From contig NC_043009.1 of NCBI RefSeq assembly GCF_006345805.1, forward strand, positions 33,542,001-33,606,000: DNA of 64,000 nucleotides. Reading direction: 5' to 3'. The translations under genes were made by a program, and so were the position numbers. Below, in pieces: positions 13,746 to 25,989 of this stretch. How positions within the stretch are numbered: position 1 is the first letter of the stretch; the number at the start of each line of letters is the position of its first letter. The stretch comes from Octopus sinensis (Eukaryota). A model generated the notes under the pieces. The model saw nothing but the letters and a program-made list of their open reading frames with translations. It searched no databases and was not told where the DNA came from.

Positions 13746-14084
13746 TGAATACATACACGCACACACAAGCTCACACACAAACACGTGTGTTTTTTCACCC
13801 TCGGTGGCCTTTGTCTATTATAAACTAGAAGATGCGAAATCTAACAACTATTATCAACAAAGAATTTTGCTTCAGTTAATCAACCAAGACTTACATTTTT
13901 AATAAATTCATTGACAGTAACTTTGAAGTTTCACTGAATGCAAAGTTTATTCATACTGTTTTGAATAAGTAGTACTACCAGCGAAAATTTGAAATTACTG
14001 TCAAGAAAATATTTATCATCATCATCATCATCATTATTATTATTATTTATTATTATTATTATTATATTATATTATTATTATTAT

Positions 14085-14400
14085 TATCTCCGTGCTGGAG
14101 GCACGTAACAAACACCATCCGATCGTGGCCGTGCCAGCCTCGCCTGGCCTCCGTGCCCGGTGGCACGTAAAAAACACCATCCGAGCGTGGCCGTTCGCCA
14201 GCCTCGTCTGGCACCTGTGACGGTGGCACATAAAAAGCACCCACTACACTCACGGAGTGGTTGGCGTTAGGAAGGGCATCCAGCTGTAGAAACACTGCCA
14301 GATCTGACTGGCCTGGTGCAGCCTCCGGGCTTCCCAGACCCCAGTTGAACCGTCCAACCCATGCTAGCATGGAAAGCGGACGTTAAACGATGATGATGAT
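14085..14400 (-). mobile_element. RTE-related SINE/LINE 3' element with internal tandem duplication
   Basis: Minus strand: CATCATCGTTTAACGTCCGCTTTCCATGC...CTGGATGCCCTTCCTAACGCCAACC (motif typical of RTE-type 3' ends); two copies of ...TACGTGCCACCG...CGGATGGTG; flanked by (TTA)n. Confidence 0.7.
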
Positions 14401-14401
14401 G

Positions 14402-14463
<62 letters not shown>

Positions 14464-14479
14464 CAGTATTGTTATCATT

Positions 14480-15370
14480 ATTATTGTGGGTTTCCTTCAA
14501 AATGAAAATCAGAGAGGCGTCCGTTAGTTTTAGCGAAGACATTGCTTTAGAAAACATTAGATAGAAAATGAAGCGCTAGCGGCGAAAATGGCACCTGAAC
14601 ATTGCTTCGACGTCAAACACAGGTGCGGGCGATGAATCATGTAGCGGAGGCACAGGACGATAACAAATCTAGAATTCGGTTTGTGATGGACAGTATCGGT
14701 CGTGTGCTCTCAGATTGCCGTATTTCGGCAGCACTTCGCCGACCTCTTATCGAGGAGTGGCATACTTGGGACAGCGAGCTTTGAAGCCTAACTCGATGGT
14801 ATGTTGCGTCTATCAGACAAGGAGATCGGGTGTTGCGAGAAGCCGATTTCAGAGGAGGGAGTGGCGGATGTACTAAGCCGCTGTGTAGGATGCAAATCAT
14901 CAGGATTGGAAGGTCTGCTCAATGAACTATATTTCCACAGGTCTAACTTGTTTGTTCTGGTTTTGGCAGCCGTCTACTGCACCTAGCAACATACTGGGAG
15001 CATTCCCAATCGTGTGAGCTGAGGATGCGAATAAGGGGGGCGTGATGGAAAATTTCGGGCTCATAAGATTTTAGGCAAGATATTAGCCAAGGTGCTCTCC
15101 AAGAGGCTAGCACTTGTCATCGATGGTGTAGTCGGGGATGCAGAAAATTGTGCGATCTCTAGTAGATGTATTCATGACAACTTTTACTTCATGCGATACA
15201 TCGTAGAATTGGTTGGGAATAGATCTGGCTTTGGGGGAGCTCTGTTCAATTTGGACCAGTCCAAATCATTTGACAAGGTGTACCATCGCCATCTAGTGTC
15301 TGTACTAAAAGCTGTCGGTTTCGATCCCGTCTTCAGAAGCTGGATCACCACAATGTATAGTGGCATCTGC
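14480..15370 (+). mobile_element. L1/Tx1-type LINE ORF2 fragment (linker plus N-terminal half of RT), decayed
   Basis: CEKPISEEGVADVL..CKSSGLEGLLNELY; KILAKVLSKRLALVI; LDQSKSFDKVYHRHLVSVLKAVGFDPVFRSWITTMYSG. These match KSPG.DG, KILAK.L..RL and LD..KAFD motifs; several stops. Confidence 0.9.
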
Positions 15371-16059
15371 CCTGACGTACATCGAACAAAGTGCTAAGGG
15401 ACATTTCTCCCGGGATTTTACGTTCTGAATTCAAATACCTCGAAGGTCGACTTTGCCGTTCATATTGTTGGAGTCGATGAAATGAAGTACGAGTCGAGCA
15501 CCAAGGTCAATGCAATCGACTAGCTGCCACCCACCCTCCTAAAATTGCTGCCCTTCGGCCAAAACTGGAAGCAATTATTATTATATATTAAAGATAGGTA
15601 TTCTTGTCTGAGGTGTATTCAGCCACTTACACAATTATTCAATGAATAAACAGCTTATTTAAAAGCGTGGGGTGATCGTCGTCGTCGTGGTCGTAGTCGT
15701 AGTAGTGTGGTGATGATGAGGAGGAGGAGACGGAGGAGGAGGAGGAGGAGGTTGTGGAGGAGGAGGAGGAGGAGGAGGAGGAGGATGAGGGGTGGGAATG
15801 AGTTTAATCAATGCTGGCAGATGATCAAACATGGTATTGGGGTTTCCCCTGTCTGTTTGGCAATGGAACTAATTTAGAAGGAGAAATATTTGTATCGGCT
15901 GAATGGAATGGCGGAGGGAGCGGGGATGCTGCAATAGCTCACACACATATATATACAAGTTGATGTGCGTATGCGTGTGTAGGTGTATGTATACACATAC
16001 ATAAATACACACACACACACATACACATATGTGTATATATATATATATAATATATATAT

Positions 16060-16104
<45 letters not shown>

Positions 16105-16121
16105 TATATATTATATATTAT

Positions 16122-16186
<65 letters not shown>

Positions 16187-16312
16187 ATACATATATATAT
16201 TTCGGGTCGGTCATTTGGTTTTGGTTTGGTCCAATAAACACACGCACTATATATGTTTTTTTCTTCACTCGTCTATTACTGTTCTTATTTTATTATTTTA
16301 ACACGTGTCCAT

Positions 16313-16357
16313 TGTCCGGAAATCTTTCGTCACACATCTGTGACCTCTTCGGCGACA
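16313..16357 (-). ncRNA. Minimal hammerhead ribozyme motif, U4C variant, inside a Penelope-like repeat (about 16200-16420)
   Basis: Minus strand: TGTCG-CCGAAGA-G-GTCACA-gatg-TGTGAC-GAAA-GATT-TC-CGGACA; 6-bp stem II, bulged stem I. Confidence 0.6.
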
Positions 16358-16489
16358 CTTTTTGTTTTCGCGTATGCTCTTATTCCACCTGCCCCATTCT
16401 GTTCTTCTAAGATGTGTATCCTTATGTGCGCATGCGTTTGTGTCCTTGTATGCGTATGTGTGTGCGCGTGTGTGTGTCTTTCTGTCAGT

Positions 16490-16825
16490 GTTTGTCCCTC
16501 CCATCATTGCCTGACAACCGATGTTGGTGTGACAACCGATGTTGGTGTGACAACCGATGTTGGTGTGACAACCGATGTTGGTGTGACAACCGATGTTGGT
16601 GTGACAACCGATGTTGGTGTGACAACCGATGTTGGTGTGACAACCGATGTTGGTGTGACAACCGATGTTGGTGTGTTTACGTCCTTGTAAACTTGCGGTT
16701 CGGCAAAAGAGACCGACAGAATAAGGCTTATAAAGAATAAGTCCTGGAGTCGATTTCTTCGACTAAAAGGCGGTGCTCCAGCACGGCCACTGTCAAATGA
16801 ATGAAGCAAATAAAAGAATAAAAGA
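16490..16825 (+). mobile_element. CORE-type SINE family A, 3' half, containing an 18-bp x9 array
   Basis: GTTTGTCCCTCCCATCATTGCCTGACAACCGATG...GCGGTTCGGCAAAAGAGACCGA...GGCGGTGCTCCAGCA... Confidence 0.9.
16513..16674. repeat. Perfect minisatellite (GACAACCGATGTTGGTGT) x9
   Basis: Nine identical contiguous units with no spacers. Confidence 0.98.
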
Positions 16826-16853
16826 CTCTGTGAGTGTGTGTGAGAGTGTGTGT

Positions 16854-16925
<72 letters not shown>

Positions 16926-17629
16926 TTTGTGTGTGTGTACACTGTGATAGTATGGAGTGCAGTGTTGTAGTAAATGTATATATAATGATTATCTATACTG
17001 TAGTGCTATATATATATATTGAGGTGGCGTGAAGTGTTGTGGTATATAACGTAGTAGAAAGCCAGTGTAGTTTTGTCTCGTTAACCAGGTGTTTCTTATT
17101 TCGTCATTTATTTATCTCCAGGGGATCTACATACATATCTACACACATACACCATACAGCATATATACACGTACGCACACCACACACACATATGCACACA
17201 CAGCCACAAACACACTCACATCAAACATATCACACATCACACACCATCCACGTTCATGTGAGAAGTGAGAGAAAAACCAGGTCAGAGCCTTCTCCGATTG
17301 AACAGCGATTACCACGCCCAAGCAATAAAGATGGGGAGGATAGAAGATGATGATTTTTTTTATTAGCCACAAGGGCATAGATGAGAAGTACATCAGAAGG
17401 ACAGTCTACAATCTGCGTGGGGATTTGCATAAAAAGATGATAAGAAGGAAATAGGGATGACGGAGAAAAGCGATGAAAGTATGCATAGTCTAGAAACTGT
17501 GATAACATGAAAGATGCAGTCCTCTGGTACAGGAGAAACTCCAACTAGAGCCAATCAAGGAACCTCACAGACCCAGGATTACACTGACCACCAAAGGCAC
17601 GTAATCTCTCCCTAATGTTACCCTCTAAT

Positions 17630-19095
17630 CTATAGGTGCATGTTTAGAGTAAGTCCATTTACTTTAACTGGTTTTGCCACATTTACCCACCTTTTCAGAA
17701 AGTCACTGGGAAGAAGCACTTCTCTCTCCATCCTTTGTTTTTTTGCCCAAGTAGAACAGTTAATGAGGGCTTGACCGAAAAGTAAAGTGTCTTTCCTCAG
17801 TCCTTTCAGCCTCATCCACTACAGAACCTCTTTTGCCATAGCCACTGGACAGACGAACACCGTCTGACCTACCTTGTTAAAGGTGTATAGTGAGGCGATC
17901 CTCACGATGGATTTGGCCCTTAGTCGGATACATCTCATGCGTGATAACAATTTTTCCACAAGCGAGCAATACTTGGACATTGCGCGAGTGCGTGCAGAAT
18001 GGTTTCGTCGCTCTGTGCGCATCTCGGACAGTCTCACCTGCCAGCCCTTCCGTGCCTGTAGAGCTTATCTCGAACCGGCAGTGCTCCTCAGCAGCATTGC
18101 CAGGCCAGGGATTTCTAGAAGTTATCCAAGGTAGACCTCCGAAATAAACCAGCTGGTTCATCCTCGTTGACTTCGAGAACGCCCTTGCTTTTGCCCACCA
18201 CTATATTTTTATATATTGCTGAATTAGACCTTCCATCGATCGCATTGGCCGATAGGTAGAGGGGAATGAGCGCCTGAAGACATTCCAGATGCCAGGCGCC
18301 TAATGTTGTTTTTTTTCTTTGACCCAGTGTTGCAGCTCTGTCAAAGGGGTGAGCTGCGGAAAAGTATGTCTTACAAACGGAGACCACAGCAGCTCACCGT
18401 CCAGGAAAATTTGTAAATGGTGTAGCCGCAACGCGTATCTGGATATTAGCAGCCATGGCAACAGATGGACCGCCTGACCAGTAGAACGCGTCCATTCCAC
18501 AGGAAACTGAAAAGTATACACTCCAGTCTGGTCAAACGTGGACTGGATCTAGGCACGACGGTCAGGCAGTAAAAGCAACTGAGGAGGGAACATTACGAGG
18601 ACAAATTACAACTATAAGAGAGGGACCAGCTTGGGAAAACCCCACATGAAAGACATCAAAAAGTGCTCTCATCCAGTTTCTTTCTTTTTGGCTAGAATAA
18701 TGTAATCAGAGAATAACGTAATGAGCTTTCGACCCCTTTCTAAGTGAGACTAACCCTCCCCACACTGTTCGTGACCTCTTCCCTGTTCCTGTCCAGCCCG
18801 ACCAAAACACCGACTATATTGACTGGTCAAACGGTAAAAGGGGCTGCTCACTAGTAGAAATTTGTTTCTCCATTTACCGATTTGTCTCGATTAATGCGAT
18901 GATCCCGGAAACCCCTGGTATTTTTCCAGTATGGTAGATTCTGTTCCTAAAATGTTTGGCACCATGATAGTGACGTTTGTGCCGTCATAGACACGAGCGC
19001 CCTATCACCAGCTTCGAGCAGGTCTCTCAAAATCTCAGTTCTCAGCAACAATGGACTCAGCAACTCTGGACTTATCCATTACAGAGGACTGGACG
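17630..19095 (-). mobile_element. L1/Tx1-type LINE ORF2 C-terminal half (RT domains 4-7 remnants, CCHC knuckle, C-terminus), decayed
   Basis: Minus strand: remnants of PLL..., Y(D)GTNVTIMV, INRDKS; then DNF*KSLAWQCC*GALPVRDKLYRHG..CPRCAQSDETILHALAQCP (CCHC knuckle) and ...AMAKEVL..RLKGLR...REVL..F.KRWVNVAK. Confidence 0.8.
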
Positions 19096-20195
19096 CTGTG
19101 GCTTGAGTGCAAACATGAAAGCAGCAAAAGAATTACACTCCATTGTCAAGGAAGCTTGCAAATTCTTGAGGGAGCTCGGCATTAACCCTGAATGAAGAAT
19201 TTAAAAGCACTACCACCAAACAAGCAAATTGGATGAAACAGACTGCAAAAATGAACAGGTAGAAATAAATTGAGGAACGGTGGAGCCAGAAGCCTCTGCA
19301 TGGATAGTATATACTTCGAAGTCGAAATGCTGATGTAGACCAAGCAACAATCCATTAGTGGCTGAGAAGTTCAGGACCGAAAGCAGTGACTGAAGGTTTT
19401 ATGTTGGCGGCACAAGGTCAAATCATGCTTACCAAACCTACCAGGCTAATGTTCTTCAAAACAGTTCTGACCCTAAGTGCAGATTCTGCAATAAATTTGA
19501 TGAAACAACAGACCATCTCGTTTTGAGATGTCCTATGCTGACACCAAACGAATACAAAAATCGCCACGATAGGGTAGGACAGTATTTACATTGAAAAATA
19601 TGTAAACACTACAAAATCAGCACACCTGCTTACTGGGATGAACATCATCCTGAGCCAGTCGTTGAAGGTAAAAATGTCACCATCTTCTGGGATTTTCCAG
19701 TCAACACCGACAGAACGATCCAGGCTAATGGACCAGACATAGTCATTGAAGACAGAGAAGAAAATACTTGTAGTCTAAGCGATGTAAGTGTTCCCACTGA
19801 TAAAAAATATATCTGTAAAGGAATTTGACAAATTAAGTAAATATAAGGACCTGGAAATTGAAATACAAAAGACGTGGTGTCTTAAAGCGAGAACTGTTCC
19901 TGTTATTGTAGGTGCCCTAGGTATGATAAGAAAGGGATGTCAGAAACATCTAGATAATATCCCAGGAGAACCATGTCTGAGAGAAATCCAAAAGATTGTG
20001 CTGACAAATACTGCCCACATCCTTAAAAAAAAACAATCCATTTAAATGCCTGTATTGTATTGCATGAAGATATTTCGCTAAGGCCCCTGCCACTTCCTCT
20101 CCCCAAGCTTTCAGCCATACTGTAACATCTCTTATCCTTCACTCGCGCTAGGACGCTCGGCAAGTGATTGTAAAAAAGCATACAGATTAAACGTA
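19095..20195 (+). mobile_element. R4/Dong-like RLE non-LTR retrotransposon, 5'-truncated, ending in (TAA)n
   Basis: Across frameshifts: QKPLHG, TEGFMLAAQ, CRFCNKFDETTDHLVLRCP (CCHC), RHDRVG, ILWDFPVNTDRTIQANGPDIVI, KYKDLEIE, VPVIVGALG, TAHIL; (TAA)n at 20196-20267. Confidence 0.92.
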
Positions 20196-20220
20196 AATAA
20201 TAATAATAATAATAATAATA

Positions 20221-20268
<48 letters not shown>

Positions 20269-20520
20269 GTGCAAGAAGTGCAAAATATTGTCTTAACTGG
20301 TACATCACACGTATTGAGAAGAGCATTGTCGATGTAAGAACTGTTGCTGCTCTTGTATTTTAATTTAACTTTAAAAAAAAATTAAAAAATAAAAAAAAAA
20401 TGAACGAACTATTGAGTTTGGTTTAATGGCCTACCAATGTATACTATGAGTTTCTTTGCCCTAGGAGTCGGGAAGACACTCGGCAAGAAATGGAAGCAAA
20501 TTTGAAAGAAGAAAAAAAAA

Positions 20521-20569
<49 letters not shown>

Positions 20570-20593
20570 TAATAATAATGATAATGATGATGA

Positions 20594-20627
<34 letters not shown>

Positions 20628-20694
20628 GGTGGTGGTGGTGGTGGTGATGATGATGATGATGATGGTGGTGTGGTGGTGGTGGTGGTGGTGGTGG

Positions 20695-20728
<34 letters not shown>

Positions 20729-20739
20729 GGTGGTGGTGG

Positions 20740-20788
<49 letters not shown>
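20521..20788. repeat. Stepwise compound trinucleotide array (AAT)n>(GAT)n>(GGT)n>(GAT)n>(GGT)n>(GAT)n>(GGT)n>(GAT)n
   Basis: Read directly; source of the poly-N/D/G/V/M ORF. Confidence 0.97.
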
Positions 20789-21318
20789 AGATGCCCTGAT
20801 GCAGTACCAGGCAGTGGCTCTCATGGCGTTTAATCTTGACTGACTGGAAATGTTAACATGTACACCTTCTGCTTTGGTATAAAAGATAGGCTACGGCAAA
20901 TATTCAGCCCAGTACCACAAATTTGCTTGGCAGTTGCTTGACCTCGACCATTTGAGCATGCCCCTTAGTGGCTGACGATACATGCATCTCTGATCATACC
21001 CATGTGTTAAGAGGAATTCTTTTGGGTTTGAATAATTCACTTCTGGAAACATGGGTGTGTCGTTTATCATCCTTAAGCAACTCTTATTCAGGGACCTTTT
21101 GAGTGGATGGGCTACTCGACCTGAAAAAATTCTAACCGAGCCCCACCTGCAAGGTGATGTGCTGTTTATCTTGATATGAGATCACCATGTCACGCAATTA
21201 TGGTTGGGATGCATGTACCTGGTGTACCCTTATCAGACGGGTAGTAATGATGGGTATATCGAGTTTCATATATTTGTACCCCAGCGTCACCTTGATGGCA
21301 TGCACTGCTCTCTCATTC
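20783..21318 (+). mobile_element. Interspersed repeat family E (about 535 bp, SINE or LINE-tail like) ending in (CAA)n(TAA)n
   Basis: Reverse complement of its 3' part occurs twice at 49739-49972 and 50018-50360. Confidence 0.8.
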
Positions 21319-21505
21319 AACAACAACAACAACAACAACAATGATAATAATAATAATAATAATAATATTAGTATTAATCATAATAATAATCATAATAAAC
21401 TCTAACTTGATTATAGTCATAATATATTAATGATAATTTCTTCCCTCAGCACAAATAATCTTTTGTCATTTGGCCAACGTAAAAAGAGATTGGTTTCACA
21501 CGATT

Positions 21506-21554
<49 letters not shown>

Positions 21555-21678
21555 TACACACACACACACATCCAAACCTTCGCACATAGTAAACGTATAT
21601 AAATATATATAATCTGTGTATGTGGGTTTGTGTGTGTGTGTCTGTGTCTGTGTACGACATATAAATATTTCTATATGC

Positions 21679-21712
<34 letters not shown>

Positions 21713-21805
21713 TATATGCACATACATATATACACGCATGTATATATACATTTATAATACATATGTATATATATATATATACGTGTATTATATATATATA
21801 TAATA

Positions 21806-21869
<64 letters not shown>

Positions 21870-22034
21870 CACAATATATATGCATATACATATACATATA
21901 CCTATTATTTTATCATTGATACACACATGTATGTATATATGTATGTATTCACGTATGTATGAATGTATGTATGTATGTATGTATGTGCATACACTCACAT
22001 ACATAATATATATGCAAGCATACACATACATACA

Positions 22035-22066
<32 letters not shown>

Positions 22067-22900
22067 GAGAAACAGACAAACAGACAGACTTAATTAGGTC
22101 GACTGGAACCATTACTGGCAAATGCCAATAGATTCCTTTTGTGGAAATCCTGACAAGTTTTCGGGCAGCCATGTTTGAATAAAGCTCACAAAAAAAAAAC
22201 ATGGCATGTTATCAGACAACAGCACAAACCCCGCATTGATCTCGCAATATCACAAACATAACAATGAGAGTTTTCTATATTTAAAGCAATGGAAACCACT
22301 CTCGACAGATCAAGTTTGAAAGGGGATAGCCTCGTCCTAAATACGACAACAAAGTTTTACGCAAATTTTGGCACGAAAACACTGTTAATAATACACGAAA
22401 AACTATGAGTAATAAATTATTAATTCTACACAGTTGCTTACTGAATCAATGGATGGAGGGGAAGTTGGAGCTGGGGGAGGACAGCTATCGTGTTGGTGGG
22501 ATCATCGTGACCCCTTCTAACCCATAATTTGTAGGTTTACTCGCAGTCCATAAGTTTAGGGTAGTTACAAGATAGACTCAAGGTGATGCAATATTTCCGA
22601 GATTTATAACAGATTCCTGTAAAGTTCATTACCGAATTGGCCGAGACATTAGAAAGTCGGATCGATTTGCCTTGCCGTAATTGTACCGGGTGTATATGCC
22701 CCAAGTTCAAATCAGGTCGAGGTCTACTTTGCCTTCCGCCATTTCGAGGTCGATAAAAAAAAAAAACAACCGTCCTGTTCTGGTTTCATTCCTCTCTTCC
22801 TTTCTTTTGTCAGTTTGTCTTTTTGTCTATCTGTCTCTATTTCTGAAAGAAATCAACCGTGAATAGGCCTGGAGAGTGATAGATTCCGAAAGGTATAAAA

Positions 22901-22981
22901 AGGCGGCAAACTGGCAGAATCGTTAGCACGCCGGGCGAAATGCTTTGCGGTATTTAGCCCCTTGTGGGTAGTAATGAAATA
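22901..22981 (+). mobile_element. Internally deleted family-B SINE with 12-bp TSD
   Basis: Head (AGGCGGC..CTGGCAGAATCGTTAGCACGCCGGGCGAAATGC..GCGGTATTT) joined directly to the tail (AGCCCCTTGTGGGTAGTAATGAAAT); AGGTATAAAAAG at 22891-22902 and 22981-22992. Confidence 0.9.
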
Positions 22982-23384
22982 GGTATAAAAAGAAACCTCA
23001 AAACACGCTGCTTATCATGACGACGCCTTTGCGATCGCACAAAAGTTGAGATTCCAAACGAAGTAATTAGCAAACTGGAACCATTCAGTAAGTTAATCAT
23101 CATGCAAGCTTTCTTCTACATTCACAGATTTTCCCATCATTTAACCAAGTAGACGTACAAATCACAAAATATAACAATTTTTTTTAAAGCTTAGACCGAA
23201 ACCACATCGAATGTATATTTTGCAGTCTCGTCTCTAATCTATGAACAACGTGGAGCCAGCTTTACAGAACAGACTTTGAAGAGAGGCTTTGTTTTCTGCT
23301 TTTTACTTGTAGAGTCTAGAAGAAGGGACATTGTGCATGACCTTTACAGGCCCACCGAGGGAGGAGAGTTTCATGTCACTAATA

Positions 23385-23988
23385 TATATTTCTTTACTAC
23401 CCACAAGGGGCTAAACACAGAGGGGACAAACAAGGACAGATAAAGGGATTAAGTCGATTACATCGACCCCAGTGCGTAACTGGTACTTAATTTATCGACC
23501 CCGAAAGGATGAAAGGCAAAGTCGACCTCGGCGGAATTTGAACTCGGAACGTAACGACAGACGAAATACGTATTTCTGTACTACCCACAAGGGGCTAAAC
23601 ACAGAGAGGACAAACAAGGACAGACAAACGGATTAAGTTGATTATATCGACCCCAGTGCGTAACTGGAACTTAATTTATCGACCCTGAAATAATGAAAGG
23701 CAAAGTCGACCTCGGCGGAATTCGAACTCGGAACGTAACGACAGACGAAATACGTATTTCTGTACTACCCACAAGGGGCTAAACACAGAGAGGACAAACA
23801 AGGACAGACAAACGGATTAAGTCGATTATATCGACCCCAGTGCGTAACTGGTACTTAATTTATCGACCCCGAAAGGATGAAAGGCAAAGTCGACCTCGGC
23901 AGAATTTGAACTCAGAACGTAGCGGCAGACGAAATACCGCTCAGCATTTCGCCCGGCGTGCTAACAGTTCTGCCAGCTCGCCGCCTTC
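23385..23988 (-). mobile_element. Trimeric family-B SINE (one head plus three 184-bp body units), 15-bp TSD
   Basis: Units recur at 23397, 23581 and 23765; TTCATGTCACTAATA at 23370-23384 and 23986-24000. Confidence 0.95.
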
Positions 23989-24491
23989 ATGTCACTAATA
24001 CATATCAGTTACACCAGCGCATATTCACACCTACAAGAAAAACATAAACCGGGAGGATATTTCAGAGGATCGGTGTTCTAGCGGGTGGGAGGAGAGAACG
24101 ACATACAATTACAACCTTCACAAACGACAATACGATTACAAAGCTCCAAGATATATACAGACTCCTTCTCAGTTGACTTCAGCAACATCGACATCATTAT
24201 AATTCTGAGAGCATTGCTAAGTCATTAAACAAGCTTTCTCTCAATTAACCAAGAGAGAGGGAAAAAAAAAACATAACTCCATGCTTAACTTCCAAGTATA
24301 TTAGAGAGTCCAATTAAATTTCAAGTGGGCAAAGTATTAAGATCAAGTTCTATTGATCTGCTTAAAGAGTTATAGCACATAATGTAGACTACAGAAATGG
24401 AATGTGCTACTTGTATTAGCCTTTAAACAAACCATAAATGATATTGCTTCTTACTATTAATAACGTATACACAGACGCACTTATATATATA

Positions 24492-24850
24492 CTAGCAGTA
24501 TCGCCCGGCGTTGCTCGGGTTTGTAAGGGAAATAACTATAAAGCATTTTTAGAGAGTTATAGCCAAAAAAATGGGAAAAAAATGATGGTAAATTTTTTTT
24601 AGTTAAAAAGGTCGAGTTGCGTCCCCTAGACAGTTTGTGTTTCTGATTCTCGACTCCATGTCGAATTTAACGATTTTTTTCAGAACTGGGGGAACTTTTC
24701 AAAATTTTCGCTGCGTTAGTTTTGAATTATGACATTGGGCTATGTGTGTGTCAAGTTTCATCAGAATCGGTTGAAAGCCGTGGTCAGAGTGAGGGTACGA
24801 GAAAACAGACACACAGAAACACGCACAGACAAACTGCCGTTTATATATAT

Positions 24851-24853
<3 letters not shown>
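24492..24853 (-). mobile_element. Non-autonomous Helitron (Lep1/DINE-like)
   Basis: Minus strand starts A|TCTATATATATAAA and ends CTAG|T, with a subterminal hairpin (CCCGGCGTTGCTCGGG, 24504-24519). Contains AAGTTTCATCAGAATCGG and ACAGAC repeats typical of these elements; no TSD. Confidence 0.85.
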
Positions 24854-24896
<43 letters not shown>

Positions 24897-25027
24897 TATA
24901 TATGTATGTATATATATATGTATGTATATTAATATATATATATATTATATATATATATATGTATGTATGCATGTATGTATGTAGATATATATATATGTGT
25001 GTGTGTATGTATGTATGGTATATTATG

Positions 25028-25086
<59 letters not shown>

Positions 25087-25989
25087 GGTGTATGTATATA
25101 TGTATATATATATAAGTGCGTCTGTGTATACGTCATTAATAGTATGTATGTATGTATATATATATATATATATACATACATACATACATACATACATGCA
25201 TGCATGCATGCATACATACATACATGCATACATACATACATGCATGCATGCATACATACATACATATGTAAATATGTACGTATATATATATAAGCATAAA
25301 ACCTCTTTCCTTCTTTGTCACTTCCGGTCACTCGATCTGCGTCACTTTCAACAATTTTCCCGTTATGCTTGTTTTACCTCCCTTTCCCCATTTCTCTTAT
25401 TTCTGTATAACTGCCGAACTTCCTGAAGAGGATCTTACACGCAAAACGTCAACGGCAAAACAAACTCCCGCACGCCCCCATCCACCCATTTCCCTTAATT
25501 TCTCACCAAAAGACAACCCAATAATCACGCTTTGTTCTGTATTTTCTGTTGCTGTTCTTCTCCCAGTTAATTTTGAACTCACACACACACACACACAAAC
25601 AAACAAACAGTTTTAGGACAATTGCATTGTGAAAATGTACGGGAAAAAAATGAATCTATTTCAATATTAATGAAGTTGTTTTCTTGTATCTTTATTGATA
25701 AATATATATGGGTGAGGGGTGTATGTTCGAGTATATGTGTTTACTGATGTACGAATATGATGTATGTGCGTGTGTGTACGTGTGTGTGTGTGTGCGTGTT
25801 TATATATGTATGTATACTCACACACACACACACATACACACACACATAGGCAGATACGAATAAATACACAAACAAACAGGAAAAACCCAATACATATACA
25901 CACGACTATTGCATTTATATACCAATGAATATTGCCAGAAATATGAACATATACACACATAAACACACACATGTATACACATACATATA

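Noticed and set aside
16513-16674. CRISPR-like array
   Set aside because: The units are contiguous with no spacers, lie inside a SINE, and no cas genes are present.
24010-24200. Open + frame ...YNYNLHKRQYDYKAPRYIQTP* resembling a neuropeptide precursor
   Set aside because: No start codon or signal peptide, a single dibasic site, and no repeated peptide units.
25377-25421. Possible 45-nt minus-strand microexon (KFGSYTEIREMGKG, kinase-like)
   Set aside because: Too short, with a weak donor (GTAAAA); resemblance to a kinase glycine loop is likely chance and no further kinase exons were found.
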